In this document: positions 50,950 to 64,000 of the stretch, piece after piece
Layout of the letters: the number at the start of each line of letters is the position of its first letter
How positions within the stretch are numbered: position 1 is the stretch's first letter
NCBI GenBank assembly: GCA_964016885.1
Contig: OZ024740.1
Location: 155,682,001-155,746,000 of the forward strand
Source of the DNA: Eledone cirrhosa
Taxonomy: Eukaryota
Direction of reading: 5' to 3'
DNA length: 64,000 bases
Made by a program: the position numbers and the translations under genes
The notes under the pieces: generated by a model
What the model was told of the DNA's origin: nothing
What the model saw: only the letters and a program-made list of their open reading frames with translations
Databases searched by the model: none

Positions 50950-53677
50950 GTAGGTTGAGGTTCATATAACAATGTCTGCTGGCTTTTTCTTTTTTTTTTC
51001 TGTGCTTTTTAGACCTAGGTTAGCCACGATTAAGTAGATCTATGATCAAAAATGTACCCCAGCCAGGTTAATCCTGTCTTTTATTTCAGTGGGGAAGCTA
51101 GGTCTAGAGAAAGGGTCAGTACCTAAGGCCTTCACAGACCAGTGGGATTGATATCATCAGTGGTCTGCTTTAACTGTTGAAAGTCAACTTATTTAGGGAA
51201 GGCGTGCAGGGGAAAATTCAAGAGGACTGGTAGCTTGGGCAGGAAGGATTATACATAGTGGTTAGTGAAGGACCTGGTGGGTTGGATACAACATGGATAA
51301 TGAGATGCAAGTCAGGAGTGCCTGAGCATGAGTAGAGATAGGATGGACCAATCTGCTTCTAAGAACAGAAGTCATTGTAGTAGTGATATATAGCACTACA
51401 TTAAAGAATGTTTTCAAAGCAGAAGGGTGTGATTTAAGGGGAATTTAGTTAGTATTACTTTTGTAGCAGGTTATTATTATTTTTTTAAAACTTTTACCTT
51501 CACTTTTTAAAGTTGTATTATTTTGAAATTTATGTTTGTGATATAGATGAAGGATAGATTCTGGTGGTGCAGCCTTGTTAGCTGTGAAGGTCTAGGAGCT
51601 GAGTTGTTAGTGGTGGATTACTTATTCAGACATTATTCATCATCACCATCATCATGTTAGCTTCCATTTTTCAATGGTACTTATCTCAGCCCTAGCATAT
51701 TCTGTAATTAGCATAGCATATTCTGTAACTTTCCCATGTGCTGTGTGTCTTCTGCCAATATACATAGCATTTTTTCATTCAACCATCATTGTCTATTCAC
51801 ATTAAATGATCATATTAACCTTATTGTCTCTCCTGCTAATATTGGTTGATGACCAGCTATCTTTCAGTCGCTGCAGATCTTCCATGTTGTAAGTGGCAAA
51901 TAGACTATATTTGTTTTCAGAGTGGTAGATGGGAGGAATTGTTAGAGCATTAGTATCTCTTCTGGCTTTATATGTTCTGAGTTCAAATCCTGCCCATGGT
52001 AACTGGAAAAATTGTGACACAATATTATTAAAACACCCTCCCAAAATCTCCTATAAGATGTAACCTTGTTGAGGGCTGGCTGAATCTATGCAGGTATGGG
52101 CTGTAACAGTAACTACTTAGGTCTTCCATATTCAGTGTAACATTACACTCTTTACACATTCTTCATACAGTCTATCTGTACTGAGAGAAAGAGAACACTT
52201 TGTTTCAAGCTGAGATAATAGCTCCTTGAAAGTCTATCACATTCTGACCACAGTTACTAGGCCTTCACTACAATTACCCCTACTGTTAAATTAGGCCATT
52301 TAGATAAGGGAAAATTATCTGCCTATTTAACACTGCATTATTAGTCTGTCAGCCTTAATAAAAAAAATTGTGTGAAAACATCTATAAGTTTTGCTTAAAA
52401 ATTTACATATATGCATTTACCATATACATTTGAATATAAACTTAGAAATATTGATGGTAAAATGGGAATCGGGAGGTCAGTTTATATTTGCTGTCAATAT
52501 TTTGATAATTTTCACCAACTTCAAATTCTATGTTAAAGTACTAAAATATCTGGAGTGATTATTTTACAATAAAACAGTTTTTCTACATTTTTTACTGCAT
52601 TGAAAATAAATTCCCTTGAAAATATTTCCAACAGGTTTTTATAATTTGAACTTTTTAATACATAAATATCCCATGCACATGTGCCCTCACACACATACGT
52701 GTTTTTCTCCGATAATACTTTTTCTTTCAATTTTCTGATTTTATTTTATTGCTTTTGCTCTCTCCCTTCACACTCACACCCTCTCTTTTTCTCGCTCTGC
52801 CTCCTCTCTCTCTCTCACTTGCTGTCTCTCCTTCCCTCTTCTACTCTACGGTTCTCTTTTAAAGTACTCCTAGCATGTGAGTGGCTAAAGTAAACAAAAA
52901 TTTGAGAAACTTGTTGAAACTTAACATAATGAAAACTCATTACGTAATGGAGTTGTGAAACAAAAACTATACTCTAAATCACATTTTAAACATCAAAATA
53001 TTAAAACTTCATAAATATATTTCATACTCATGAATTTCAAAACCACGCCATAATGTTTTGATTAGCTGCTTAGAAATGGAGTTTGAATTTTTGTCAATTT
53101 TTCAGACATAAAATTGTGGAAAGAGAGTGTGTGTGGGGTTAAAGTACTTTTTTCATGACCAGATGTCCTTTCTGATGCCAACACATAACTGTTTTTAAGT
53201 GTAGTATATATCACTAATGTTTGTCAAATGTCACTTGCATTTGATATACAAATGCATGCAGTGACCCAGACACACTGGGCTTCCTTACAGTTTCTGCCTA
53301 CTGAATTCACTCATAAGGCACTGGTTGGTGCAAGGCTATATTAGAAGACAATTGCCAGAGGTGCCATATATTGAGACTGAGTGCAGAATCATGTGGTTGC
53401 AAAGCAATCTTCTTAATCACAGCAATCCCAATGTCTCAGAACCATATAATATAAAACCTCTTTAAAATAAGATGTTTTGTATGGTAGAACCTGAGGTAGT
53501 TTCAGGTAGCTTAGTATAAAAAAGTTAAAGATTCCTTTCCAAAGGCCAGATATGAACTATCAATTTTGTTTTCTGTAGGTGTTCTCCCTATTATTGGTGA
53601 TTTAAAATATTGAGTTAGCTTGGTATTATATCATATTTACTTTATCATTTTAAGAGTCTTGCCATTTTTTTTTTCAG

Positions 53678-53799
53678 GCAAAAACAAAGAAGGAGAATCT
53701 GGAAATATAATATATGACTATGAAGGTGCTATTCAACAAATTCCATATTATTTAAAAGATTTAGTGGACCAGAAGGGTCCTCCAAGATATGGTGATAAG
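53678..53799 (+). CDS. CSDE1: CSDE1 exon KNKEGESGNIIYDYEGAIQQIPY...GDK
   Basis: AG/GT, phase 1-0. Confidence 0.95.
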
Positions 53800-54828
53800 G
53801 TAAGTGGGGTATATATTGTTTGTAAAAACAGTTTGACCTAGAATTACATTACTCAAAATTTCACTGGAGTGTATTTTCTTACGTCTGTGAAACTGTAATG
53901 CAATTTTGAGCCAAACTGTATACAAATAAATATAAACTTTGCAAAACATTTGAGTGATTTTTATTTTTATTTTGTTGTGTATCCATCTCTGTATGATAAA
54001 TAAAAACTAGTCCCAGGCAATAGTAGCATTGAATTTAAATGTTCAGAGTTACCATAAATTTGTTTTAAAAATAAAAAAGACAAAGGGTCGCTTTAAATGC
54101 CTGTACTTATCTCCCCATGTCATACACATTTGGGGATTTATACACATGCACCCTCTCCCTCTAATGATCTGAAGGTAGAAAAGAAGTAACATCTTCTACA
54201 TACTACAAATGTAACCAATTATTTTACCAAGCAGACTGTTTTGTAAATAATCAATATCAAACATGTTAATTAAACAATGTACAATGATCTTGTATGATTT
54301 ATTATTTATTTTATACCAGAAAAGATGTGTGTGCACACACACATTGCTTGGATATTCTGATTTAGAATATTTTTCTTCTTTAAACAGTCCTAAGAATTTA
54401 AGTCACTATATGATTAATGCTCATTTCATCATCATCATCTCATCATCCTTCTACATCTGCTTTTCCATGCTTGCAAGTGTTGGATAGGTCTTTTCCAGCA
54501 CAGTCTTCTTCCATGTGTTGTGTATTCATTTATCATCTCTGTGAGGTTCAGTATTTTGAGGTCTGCTCTCACTATTTGTACCAGATCTTCTTTGGCCTTC
54601 CTTTACTGCAACTTCTACTGGAAACGTGTGGCATTCTTTCACCCAACAATCATTATCCATATGCATCACATCTCCATACCTGTTCAGTCTTTTCTCTTGG
54701 ACACTACATTTGGTTCCTCTTTTACCCAGTTTGTCTTATAGCCCACCCATACATTGCCATTCATGCATCCATCAAAGCATGCTTGATTCATTTCTCTCTT
54801 GCCTCTGCATTATTATTTTTTCTTTTAG

Positions 54829-55001
54829 ATTGAATTTAGCATTGGTGAATCATCTAGAAATGGCCAAAAAAGAGCTGTCAATATAAGGGTAGTTCTTCGC
54901 AATGTTGCTGGCAAATGCCAAGGTTTCATTGCTACATTGAAAGACAACTATGGATTCATTGAAAACGCTGATCATGAAAAGGAAGTTTTCTTTCATTTCA
55001 G
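54829..55001 (+). CDS. CSDE1: CSDE1 exon IEFSIG...QGFIATLKDNYGFIENADHEKEVFFHF (fourth canonical CSD)
   Basis: AG/GT, phase 0-2; ATLKDN.GFIE motif. Confidence 0.97.
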
Positions 55002-56325
55002 GTAAACTTTATTACACACAAATTATTACATTTATTCACATTGGGATTGCTCACTGTAGACTGTGAGATATGTGTTACATTGTACTTAACATGACTAGTT
55101 CTTGTGATTGAAGAACACGGTTTAATATTTTAGATACCAATTCACTTGAGACTACCTTCAGTATCCATATTTTAACATGTTTATATTTAAATTAATGCTT
55201 AAATTGACTTCACTGCATTGCGGCTTGGGTAAGTATCTTACATCGAAGCCTCAGATTGACCTATAACTTGCAAAGGAAATTGGGTAGGTAGCAATGGTTT
55301 GGAAACCCATTAGATATCCTATATTTGTAGTTAAAAGAGCAATCCTTAACACAATGTGTCATGCTGAATCTCTCTTAGAATTATGTTATGGTACAAATGA
55401 CTATGGAACACTTAGCCACAACATTAATTTAATGAGTAGGGCATACCATTGATTTAACCACCAGAGCACTCGTCAAAACTGAAAAAATTCCATTTACTTT
55501 TAATTTTATCTTTGGTATCTTCAGTGCTATATTGTGCTTTTCATTCACAAGAAGAACAATGTCAAAAACAAATTTGCATTCTGTAATTATAATGCTGCCC
55601 CTATTTTAATAATTATGGTTGACATTTTGACATGTTTATGGCAAATGCATTTTATCTGATTTACTCTAGTTTAAATTGTTTCTATGTTGAGTTAGTCAGT
55701 AAATTTGCTGTTACCTGTAATACATTAGGATTTGAACTTCTTTTTATTGCTTTTATAAATAGATCTTCCATTGATTTCAATGATAATCATTCAACTGAAT
55801 GTTTGATTTTGTTAATATATTAGTGGTTGAGTATTCGACAGATACATGCATGTACCGATGATATAATTCCCAAAGATGAGTCAGCATGACACAATATGTA
55901 ACAAGGCTGAACATTTTAATTACAGGTACATTTCATACAATTGCCATCTACCAAATTTCACTCACAAGGTTTGAGTTGATCTCAGGTCATGGAAAAAGAC
56001 ATGCTCTTGATACAATGCAGTGGCATCAAACCTAGAACTTCATTATTGTGAATCAAACTTCTTAATCATTGTTTTTATAAGTGGCTTTTTATATCATGCA
56101 ATACATTAACAAAACATTCTTAAAGAGTACAAAACAGCTATGACTGTATTACATAAAAAAATTAGCTCCTTATTCTAATACTGAAAATGTCCACGATCTG
56201 TCCTCTAGCAAAGCTATTTATAAACATTTGAATTAACAAACACTTTAGATATTTTCTACTAAATCATTATAGGATATATCCTTTTAGATGAATATCATTT
56301 CTTTTTTTTTTTTTTTGCGTAACAG

Positions 56326-56452
56326 CTCAGTAGAGAATGATCAGTTGGAATTTAATCTTGGCGATGAAGTAGAATACACATTGGCTAAAAAGGGGGCCAA
56401 GTTAAGTGCTGAAAACATTAAAAAACTTCCTAAAGGCACTGTTTCACCTGAG
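56326..56452 (+). CDS. CSDE1: CSDE1 exon SVENDQLEFNLGDEVEYTLAKKGAKLSAENIKKLPKGTVSPE
   Basis: AG/GT, phase 2-0. Confidence 0.96.
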
Positions 56453-57055
56453 GTAGGTACAATTTCCATGAAAGTATTCTAATTTTGAACTTAGTGGCGA
56501 TGACTATCTGTCCATTTGATTGATTTTTTTTTTTTCTTTTTACATTCATTTTTAAAAATTATTATTACTTAGTTGGGGAGGGTTGGGCAGTACTTATGAC
56601 CCTTTATTTATTCAGTTCCTCTGTGACTGGTGGGAGGAGGTTATGCTCAAACCGGGGACATAGCTTGAATATTTACAAAAAAGTCAACTTTGCTAAAAGC
56701 ATCCAAGAGCCCTGTAGAGGTGTTAGAGTGACAACTCACTAAGAACTGAAAGAAATACCACTAGGTATCTAGTCTGCTTCCACTTCATTACTTATAAAAT
56801 TATAATGAGAAAAATGTTCAGTTTGAATACTTCTGTTTTAAGAAAAAAGCAAGAGAAAAATTGCTGAGGGTGAGGTTTATGTATAGTTATGAGGCTCAGG
56901 CTGTTTTCATTATTGATATAGTCTCTCTTTGTAATTAGCTATCTGTAGAGCCTATAACTCAGTGAGGAATTGTTCATATTTGAAGTACTGTATTCAAATA
57001 ATAAGAAAATAACATCAGCTGAGTTTGTGACTGAGGAGAGAGACTGAAATAAATA

Positions 57056-57220
57056 GGCCAGCAATTATCCAGTGCATTACTGGTACTTTATTTTATCGAC
57101 CCCGTAAGGATGAAAGGCAAAGTCAACCTCGGCGGGATTTGAACTCAGATCGTAAAGGGACGTAACTATGCTGGAAAGCATGGCGTCCGACCCTCTACCG
57201 ATACTGCCAATCCACCGCCC
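57056..57220 (-). mobile_element. Young MetaSINE/MESC-type SINE with a perfect 16-bp target-site duplication
   Basis: GAGACTGAAATAAATA at 57040-57055 and 57221-57236. Confidence 0.9.
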
Positions 57221-57379
57221 GAGACTGAAATAAATAATATACTTTCATTAGTTTTAGTCATTGGACAACCTTCTAGGGTGTAGTCGATGACCAGTATTTT
57301 ATCAATATCAGAAATAACTACAGTATGGTTCAATATAATGATTAGGAAAAAAAATAGCTTGTTAATAATGATTTTTTTT

Positions 57380-58630
57380 TATCGGCTGAGGAAGCAAGGG
57401 AGGCAACTCCAATCATTTCTCATCATCATCCTTTGACTCCTCTTTGGGCAGTTGGAACTCTCTTGACAATCCCTTTCCACACTGTTCGGTCTTGCATTAC
57501 TGTCTCTAGATCCTTTATGTCCAACCCTGAGTCCCGAGCTATGGTGTCTGGGGAAAATCAGTTTTCGTGAATAGACACATCCAGAGAGATAAAATAATTT
57601 CTTTGTCGGCTTGATGACAGTGACCTGCAAACTAGTCGTTTTTGCTTGAGTCTGAGGGATATTGGAATCAAATCTCCGTAGATGGTTTCAAGTGTTGCGT
57701 GTGATCTCCAGCTTGTTTTTGATTCTTCTGAGCAGATTTGTATATGTTCCATCCTGCCATTTTTCAAGACGAACAGATAAGGTCCATGTTTCTGATCCAT
57801 ATAGTAGTACTGGTTCAATCAATGTTCGCGAGATTTGGACTTTTAAGGAGGATGATAAATTTGAATGCCAAGTTCTGTCAAGCCTGTTGCAGTTATCCCA
57901 TGCCAGAGCTCTACAGAGGTTGAAATTTTTTTTTTAGTCTATAACATGAGAGCCAAGGTTCTTGACCCTTTTGATGGATGTATTATTGAGTGATTTCAAG
58001 TCAGATGGTTGAAGGGAGGTTGTGATATATTCTGTCTTACTCTCATTACAATAGAGACCGACCTGATTTGCTGCTTGTTCACGCGATTGCAGCAGGGATT
58101 CTGCGTCCTTTATAGATTGAGAAATCAGGGCAAGATCATCGGCGAAATCTACGTCAGTCAGGTATTGTGCAGGGTTGCGGCTGCTCTAGTGACGCTTCAG
58201 AAGGAGTCCTTTCTCCTTCATGTTGTCTAGCGAGATACACAGGACATAGTCTAGAACAACTATGTAGAACTCCTGCTTTTACTTGAAAGGATTCAGTCTC
58301 GCCATCAGGTGCTACAACAGTGGCAGTGGTGTTTTTGTACAGAGCTTCAATTGCCTCAACAATTCCAGAAGGCATTCCATGTATTTAAAACATAAGATCT
58401 CTACTGATAGAATCAAATGCCTTGCGAAAATCGGCAAAACAGATTGTGATCTGTTGAGTTTTTCCATTTCTTCCAGTATGTGGCGAATAGAGGGAATTTG
58501 AGCAGTTGTCCTGCCTCTTCTAAATCCATTCTGGTTCTTGCAAAGTAAAGGATCAAAGGGCAAGAACAATCCTATTTAACAGAAGCTTGTTGTAGACTTT
58601 TGCTGCAATTGACATGAGAGTTATACCAAT
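57380..58630 (-). mobile_element. Decayed non-LTR RT fragment, third family (RTE-like)
   Basis: NQNGFRRGRTT, TVVAPDGETESFQVKAGVL, LTDVDFADDLAL, YGSETWTL. Confidence 0.8.
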
Positions 58631-58859
58631 CATTTCTAGGCTCCTTGCTATCAACAAAAGTATAGTCTTCACCATTGTTTGCTAGCACTGTAGTATCTTA
58701 GTATATAGAAATGTTTGTATAAACCTTAAGTAGTACCAGGAAATTAGATTATTGGGTGATTTAATTATAAACCAGAGCTGAAAACAAGTCCTGGAAACAT
58801 GGAAATACTTATAGCATTGTGTTGTTTTTACATTCGTATATACAAATTTCTTCTTTTCT

Positions 58860-59210
58860 TCACCCACTTATTACTGAGAAGGTCATGGGGCAGAGTCCTC
58901 AAACACTCCTTCCAGCAAGTCCTATCAGAAGCAACCGTCCCCAACTGATCCAGCTGGATCCCTAAGCATGTCCAGCCAAGCTCATGAATTTTATCCAACC
59001 ATCTTGCTTGGGATCTACTGGGTCTCCTACCTGTTGGTTTTGCCCGCAAAATCTGTCCAGCGGTTCTTTCCTGAGACATTCTAATCACATGCCCATAGTA
59101 TCAGAGCTGTGATCTCTCAATTCGGAGATGTAGCGGTTCTACTTGGAGTGACTCTCTGTTCTCTGAGCTACGCACTTTATCGAGTAACATTACTCCAAAG
59201 ACCCTTCTAG
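58860..59210 (-). mobile_element. Rex3/Expander-like RTE 3' end
   Basis: YYGHVIRMSQERTAGQILRAKPTGRRP. Confidence 0.78.
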
Positions 59211-59228
59211 CACTTAAATTTCATTTTC

Positions 59229-59420
59229 AGCGGTGAATTGGCAGTATCGGTAGAGGGTTGGACGCCATGCTTTCTAGCATAGTTACATCCCTTTACGGTC
59301 TGAGTTCAAATCCCGTCGAGGTTAACTTTGCCTTTGATCCTTACAGGGTCGATAAAATAAAGTACCAGTAATGTACTGGGTAATTGCTGGCCTTGTACCA
59401 AAAGGTAGAAACAATTATTA
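59229..59420 (+). mobile_element. MetaSINE/MESC-type SINE, inverted relative to 57056-57220
   Basis: GCGGTGAATTGGCAGTATCGGTAGAGGG...GAGTTCAAATCCCG...GGTCGATAAAATAAAGTACCAG. Confidence 0.87.
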
Positions 59421-60207
59421 TGAGAAACCAGATATATTAATATTTGTGGAATTTACAGTAAAATTCTATTTTCAATATCCTGAGAGAGAAAACTTTCAGA
59501 TTCATCTTTTGGTTGATGTATATCATCTCTGAAAAAAAATATTCCATTTAATATAAGAAAAAAATCCATTGTATCTAAATATATAACATTTTTATAAGAC
59601 ATAAGGTACAACCAAGAGGTATCCCATAAGTAGTAGCTGTCATTGGTAATTTGTTATTGCCCGAGTTATCTCTCTTTTATGATTTTCTTTGTATCTTTAG
59701 CAGGCCTCTCTGGCCAGCGAAATTGCCATTAATGCTTTACTATTGAAACTTGTGAACTGCAGGAAATATGTGCAGGGAGATAATTTCTTCAGGAGTAGTA
59801 GTTAGTGTGGAGACTCATGGTGGTGGGAGTGTGTACATATAGTTGTTTAGAGATGTAAAAATATGAGTTGAGGTGTCGTGATACCAGCCAGTTCCAAGGC
59901 TTGTGGTAAATGTAATAGTAGTTCAAAAGGGTGGTAGAGAAGACATTAGTATGTATATAGGCCAGAGACAGTTGAGTGGCCTTTCTATGAATGAGGTCTA
60001 GGGTGTGTAGCAATCAAACTGTTCCAGATTTGGGAGCAGTACTCCAATCTAGGCCTCATTTCAGTGTTATAGAATGTTTGTTGTTGATGAATATTTCAAT
60101 ATACCAACATATTTTTAACTTCTATGGATGTTTATTATATTGAATTCCCTATTTTCTTTCTTTTTCTTTTCCAACTCTGTTTAAATCTGACTTGTTTCCC
60201 TTTTCAG

Positions 60208-60316
60208 GAAATTATTTGGGATAAGGGCACCTTACAGGGTAAGATAATTCGACCATTACGTATTGTCAATCCAGAACAGGACGAATATAGTGGTCTTGTA
60301 CAAGTTGGTTTAGATG
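60208..60316 (+). CDS. CSDE1: CSDE1 exon EIIWDKGTLQGKIIRPLRIVNPEQDEYSGLVQVGLD
   Basis: AG/GT, phase 0-1; GK.IRPLR.V.P.Q.EY.G motif. Confidence 0.96.
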
Positions 60317-60720
60317 GTAAGTGCTTTAGTTCATACTTCTTTGACCCTTATCTCTTTTGAGTAGATAGATTGTAACATTCCTAAAAACTGGCATGTTAAT
60401 TTTTTTTCATGATCTCTCCAGTCTATATGAAGGATTATGCACCTTATATACTTGAACTTCCCCCATTTTATATCTGAGAAATAGACAAAAATTCAAACTC
60501 AATGCAGTTTTGAAATTCTCATGAGTAGAGAATATATTCATATTTTGATATTTAAAATGTTTTAAATGTCATTTAGAGTAGGGTTTTTGTTTAACAATTT
60601 CATTACATAATGATTTTTTTTTACCAATTTCCGACTGTTTTGAAGGCCATATTCATTCAAACATATCAGACACAATAGGAAATACAAATTTTATGTCGAA
60701 AGTGTAATATTCACCTTTAA

Positions 60721-60906
60721 CTCTTTAGCATTTACATTACTATATATTTACTATTGTATTTTCATGGTAAACACTTTCTCACATAATATCAAACCTATGA
60801 GATTTTGATATTATTTCCTTTGAGAACAATACCTTAACATGAGTATGAACAGCTGGTTTGAACAGAAAGAAGCGAGAGAATTCTGGCCGGGTTAAAGCAA
60901 AAAGAT
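60721..60906 (-). mobile_element. piggyBac-type MITE, inverted and more decayed copy
   Basis: TTAA|CTCTTTAGCATT; the reverse complement aligns with 37033-37242. Confidence 0.7.
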
Positions 60907-61533
60907 TTTAGCACCTCATTTATGAAGAATTTTGAAGTTGGTGAAAATTGGCAAAATATTGACCTCGAATATAAGCTTTCTCCCTTCCCCCATTTTACCA
61001 TCGATTTTTTTTTTTTTTTTTTTTTTTTTTCCCCTTTGGGTCATATATTTCTTGGCTATACTATATATACAAGTATATATAGTATATATTTATTTTACTG
61101 GGGTTATTTCATCATCAGCTTGTTACCTCGTTTAAGTTTAAGTCTTTCTCAAGTCTACGGGTTCACCAAGCTGGTGCTTATCCTGACTTTATGAGGCATT
61201 AAATAATTGAGAGTACAAGGTTACCCATAGGACAGGGTGCATGTCTATTGCAAGCCCTTTCCCAGCTGCTTCTAGTACTCTTTTTCTTAGCAGCTGAGTA
61301 GATTGGAGCAACATATGAAGTGCCTTGTTCAAGGACACAATACATCACTTGGCTTGATAATTCATGAATCCAGCACTTAAAACCACTAATTTATGCACCT
61401 TCATATATTTATGTATTAAGAGACACTAAATTCTCTAAAATATAAGGTATTTGTTTCTATTGTAGTGCACCTGAGCATTGTACACAATAATTTTCATTAT
61501 TATTCATGAAACTTTTTTTCTTTCATATCACAG

Positions 61534-61718
61534 AAGATGAAGAGGAGGTTTATCAATACGGTATCACTAGCCTGGCTGATAAACGAGATTTCCTTCAGAA
61601 AGGTGATGTGGTCAAGTTCCAAATTGCAACAGTGAAAGGCACTGGGAAAAAGCGAGCTGTTTGTGTGGCTGCTATGCGTAGCTATGTGCGTGCTAAAGTT
61701 GATTCTGTTAAAGGATTG
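61534..61718 (+). CDS. CSDE1: CSDE1 exon EDEEEVYQYGITSLADKRDFLQKGDVVKFQI...RAKVDSVKGL
   Basis: AG/GT, phase 1-0; LQKGD.VKFQ motif. Confidence 0.97.
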
Positions 61719-62033
61719 GTAAGTTCAGTTTTATGTAGTTTCTGTATTGTGCAATGTAATGGTGCTGGAATGGGAGAAATTCATGCAGTTAGGCAATGTG
61801 TCTAAGGTGGAGGGAATGACTGTTGAAATCAATTACAATTTATGTTGTAAAATTGTAAGACATTGTGGAAACAACAGAATTCATCATTAACTTTACATTC
61901 ACATTTACATGCTGGCATTAATTGGGCAGATTGCTAGTTTGAATCAGTTCAGTTATGTCATTGTGATCAAGAACATTTCTGGTCTTGTAGCTATGTAAAA
62001 AATGTTTTATTATTTGCATGTTGTTTCTTTCAG

Positions 62034-62197
62034 TTTGGCTTTCTGAATTATGAAGTTGAAGATGGCAAGAAGCTATTCTTTCATATGACAGAAGTTCATG
62101 ACAGTATTGAGCTGCAGCCTGGTGATGAAGTTGAATTTGTAGTTGTGCAAAATCAAAGAAATGCCAAATTTTCAGCTTGTAGTTTGCGTAAAATTAC
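62034..62197 (+). CDS. CSDE1: CSDE1 exon [21 protein letters not shown]...[25 protein letters not shown] (fifth canonical CSD); the gene continues past the window
   Basis: AG/GT, phase 0-2; no stop codon reached. Confidence 0.97.
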
Positions 62198-62744
62198 GTA
62201 AGTTACATTTTCTATTTTCTCTTAATACTTTTTCTATTGTTTTTCTTTTTTTCAATCCTAAGTCTGTCTGAATGAGCAAACCTATGATCAAAGGTATTTT
62301 AGCCACGAATATCTTCTATCTTTTTGTATAACAGGGAGACTACAGGTATCCAATGTATACTTTATAATTTAGAGATTTGGCTACTATTTCAAGCAGGTGA
62401 AGTTAGTCTTGTTGAAATCACTTATAAGTTTTTCATATTGTGAGGATTGCTTGGTAGCAGAAATGGTGAACTGGGAGATCAATTTTCTTACAATATTTCT
62501 TAGTTCAAATCCTGTTGAGTTTCAACTTTGATTTTCTAACAATCTGGGGTTTGATAAAATATGTACCAATATTTGACTGAAGTGAGGAAAATCAAGAATT
62601 GATGTTGCAACATTTGATAAGTGACATGCCTACTTTTTCTATTTTTCAGTTGAGGTAATTAGTGTTAAATATGAAGTATAAAATAGGCCTGTTTCAAGAA
62701 TTCAAAATGGGAGGGCCATGGGAGTAGATTCTTCAAACACACCT

Positions 62745-64000
62745 AGTGGGTCCCGTCATAGGCAACCGTTTCCAGTTGATCCGGCCGGATCCCTAAGTGA
62801 GACCAACTGAACTCATGGATGTTATTCAATCATCTCGCTCAGGGCCTACCCCTTGGTCTCCTATCAGTTGGTTTTGCCTGTAAAATCTGTCCAGTGATTC
62901 TTTCCTGAGACATTCTAACCACAAACCCATAGTATTGGAGCTGTGATCTCTCAATTCGGAGAGGTAACGGCTCTATCTGAAGTGACACTATTATCTCTGA
63001 GCTACACACTCTATCGAATACTGTTATTCCAAAGACCCTTCAGAGGTACTGCATTTCAACCACTTGTATTTGTCATCATATTCTTTCAGTCATTACCAAA
63101 GATTTGTGACCATAGGTAAGGGTTGACACGGATACCGAATTGAAGATAGCCAGTTTGGCTTTTACACATACTTCTCTTGTTCTGATGACCGAATGCTGAA
63201 GCTAGCACATTATTGCACCAGCTCCTGCAATTTTTGCACTTAATTCAGCCTTCCATCACTTGTGAACACGGCCCCCGAGATCCTTGAATATCTCCACCAG
63301 TGTAACTACACACACCTGTAAAGTGCACTGCCGGGGCTTCTTTGAAAGGACGAGTGTCTCAGTCTGATTTTCTTCCAACTGTGCAACACTCGGCATCAAA
63401 CCTATCAACCTTCTGATGAGTTAAGTAATACCATGTCGTCTGCAAATTCCAGCCGACTGATCCTACACCAGCCAGTCATGATATCACTTCCAACACGCAT
63501 GTCATGAAGACTATGAACAGGAAAGGTGACAGTACGCATCCTGGTGCAGTCCGACTCCCACATTGAATGGTTTCAATTTAGCATCATTTATCCAAACACA
63601 AATACTAATGCATTCATATGGAGACATGAAGGCAACATGAAGCTGTCCATTGATCCCATCCTTCCACATTGTGATTATTTGGTTAGTTGAGTTGTGCTGT
63701 ATCCTGGTAAAAACCACACTGTTCATCAGCTAGCTTGGACTTGACAATCTTCTTTCTTCTTACATCTCTTTGCCAGACACTTAGCATAGACTTATCAAGG
63801 AGATTCCTCTATAATTGGAGCAATCTTTCCTGTCTCTCTTTTTAAAAATTAGGATTATCACTGCCCATTGTCATTGCTTAGATGCATTTCCAATGATCTA
63901 GGGCACCCAGCACACACAAGTCACCTGAGAATATCTTCTCTATTTAAGGCTTTTAACATCTCCGGCCGAATTTCATTCTCCCCAGTGGCCTTGCCACATT
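62745..64000 (-). mobile_element. Rex3/Expander-like RTE LINE, runs off the window end
   Basis: Reverse strand: KATGENEIRPEMLKAL, NYRGISLISL, PFNVGVGLHQ, LEFADDMVL, YYGFVVRMSQERITGQIL. Confidence 0.85.

Noticed and set aside
53579-53677. Upstream alternative acceptor 99 nt before exon 53678
   Set aside because: It introduces TGA after 11 codons and has no supporting evidence.

Overview
This is eukaryotic, AT-rich, repeat-dense genomic DNA. The repeat landscape (huge AT/GT microsatellites, RTE LINEs with (GAT)n tails, tRNA-headed SINEs) suggests an octopus-like mollusc, but that is inference. The main content is a plus-strand CSDE1/Unr gene (multi-cold-shock-domain RNA-binding protein). I could splice 16 coding exons by hand with consistent phases from ATG 24078 to 62197 (2303 nt, about 767 codons). 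They cover all five canonical cold-shock domains and the intervening non-canonical ones; the C-terminal exon(s) lie beyond the window. The first coding intron has a GC donor. There is a candidate 57-nt in-frame cassette exon (36701-36757), a structured AUG-free 5'UTR with an Unr-type binding motif, and a 165-codon +1 overlapping frame. The introns hold decayed RTE LINEs (with a PHD-type finger inside the RT), a Helitron containing a LINE, a Chapaev3-like transposon containing a LINE, a piggyBac fossil with related MITEs, SINEs and several fold-back hairpins. Most ORF-track entries are microsatellite or transposon noise. No wholly new biological system can be demonstrated from sequence alone; the best leads concern RNA-level regulation of CSDE1.
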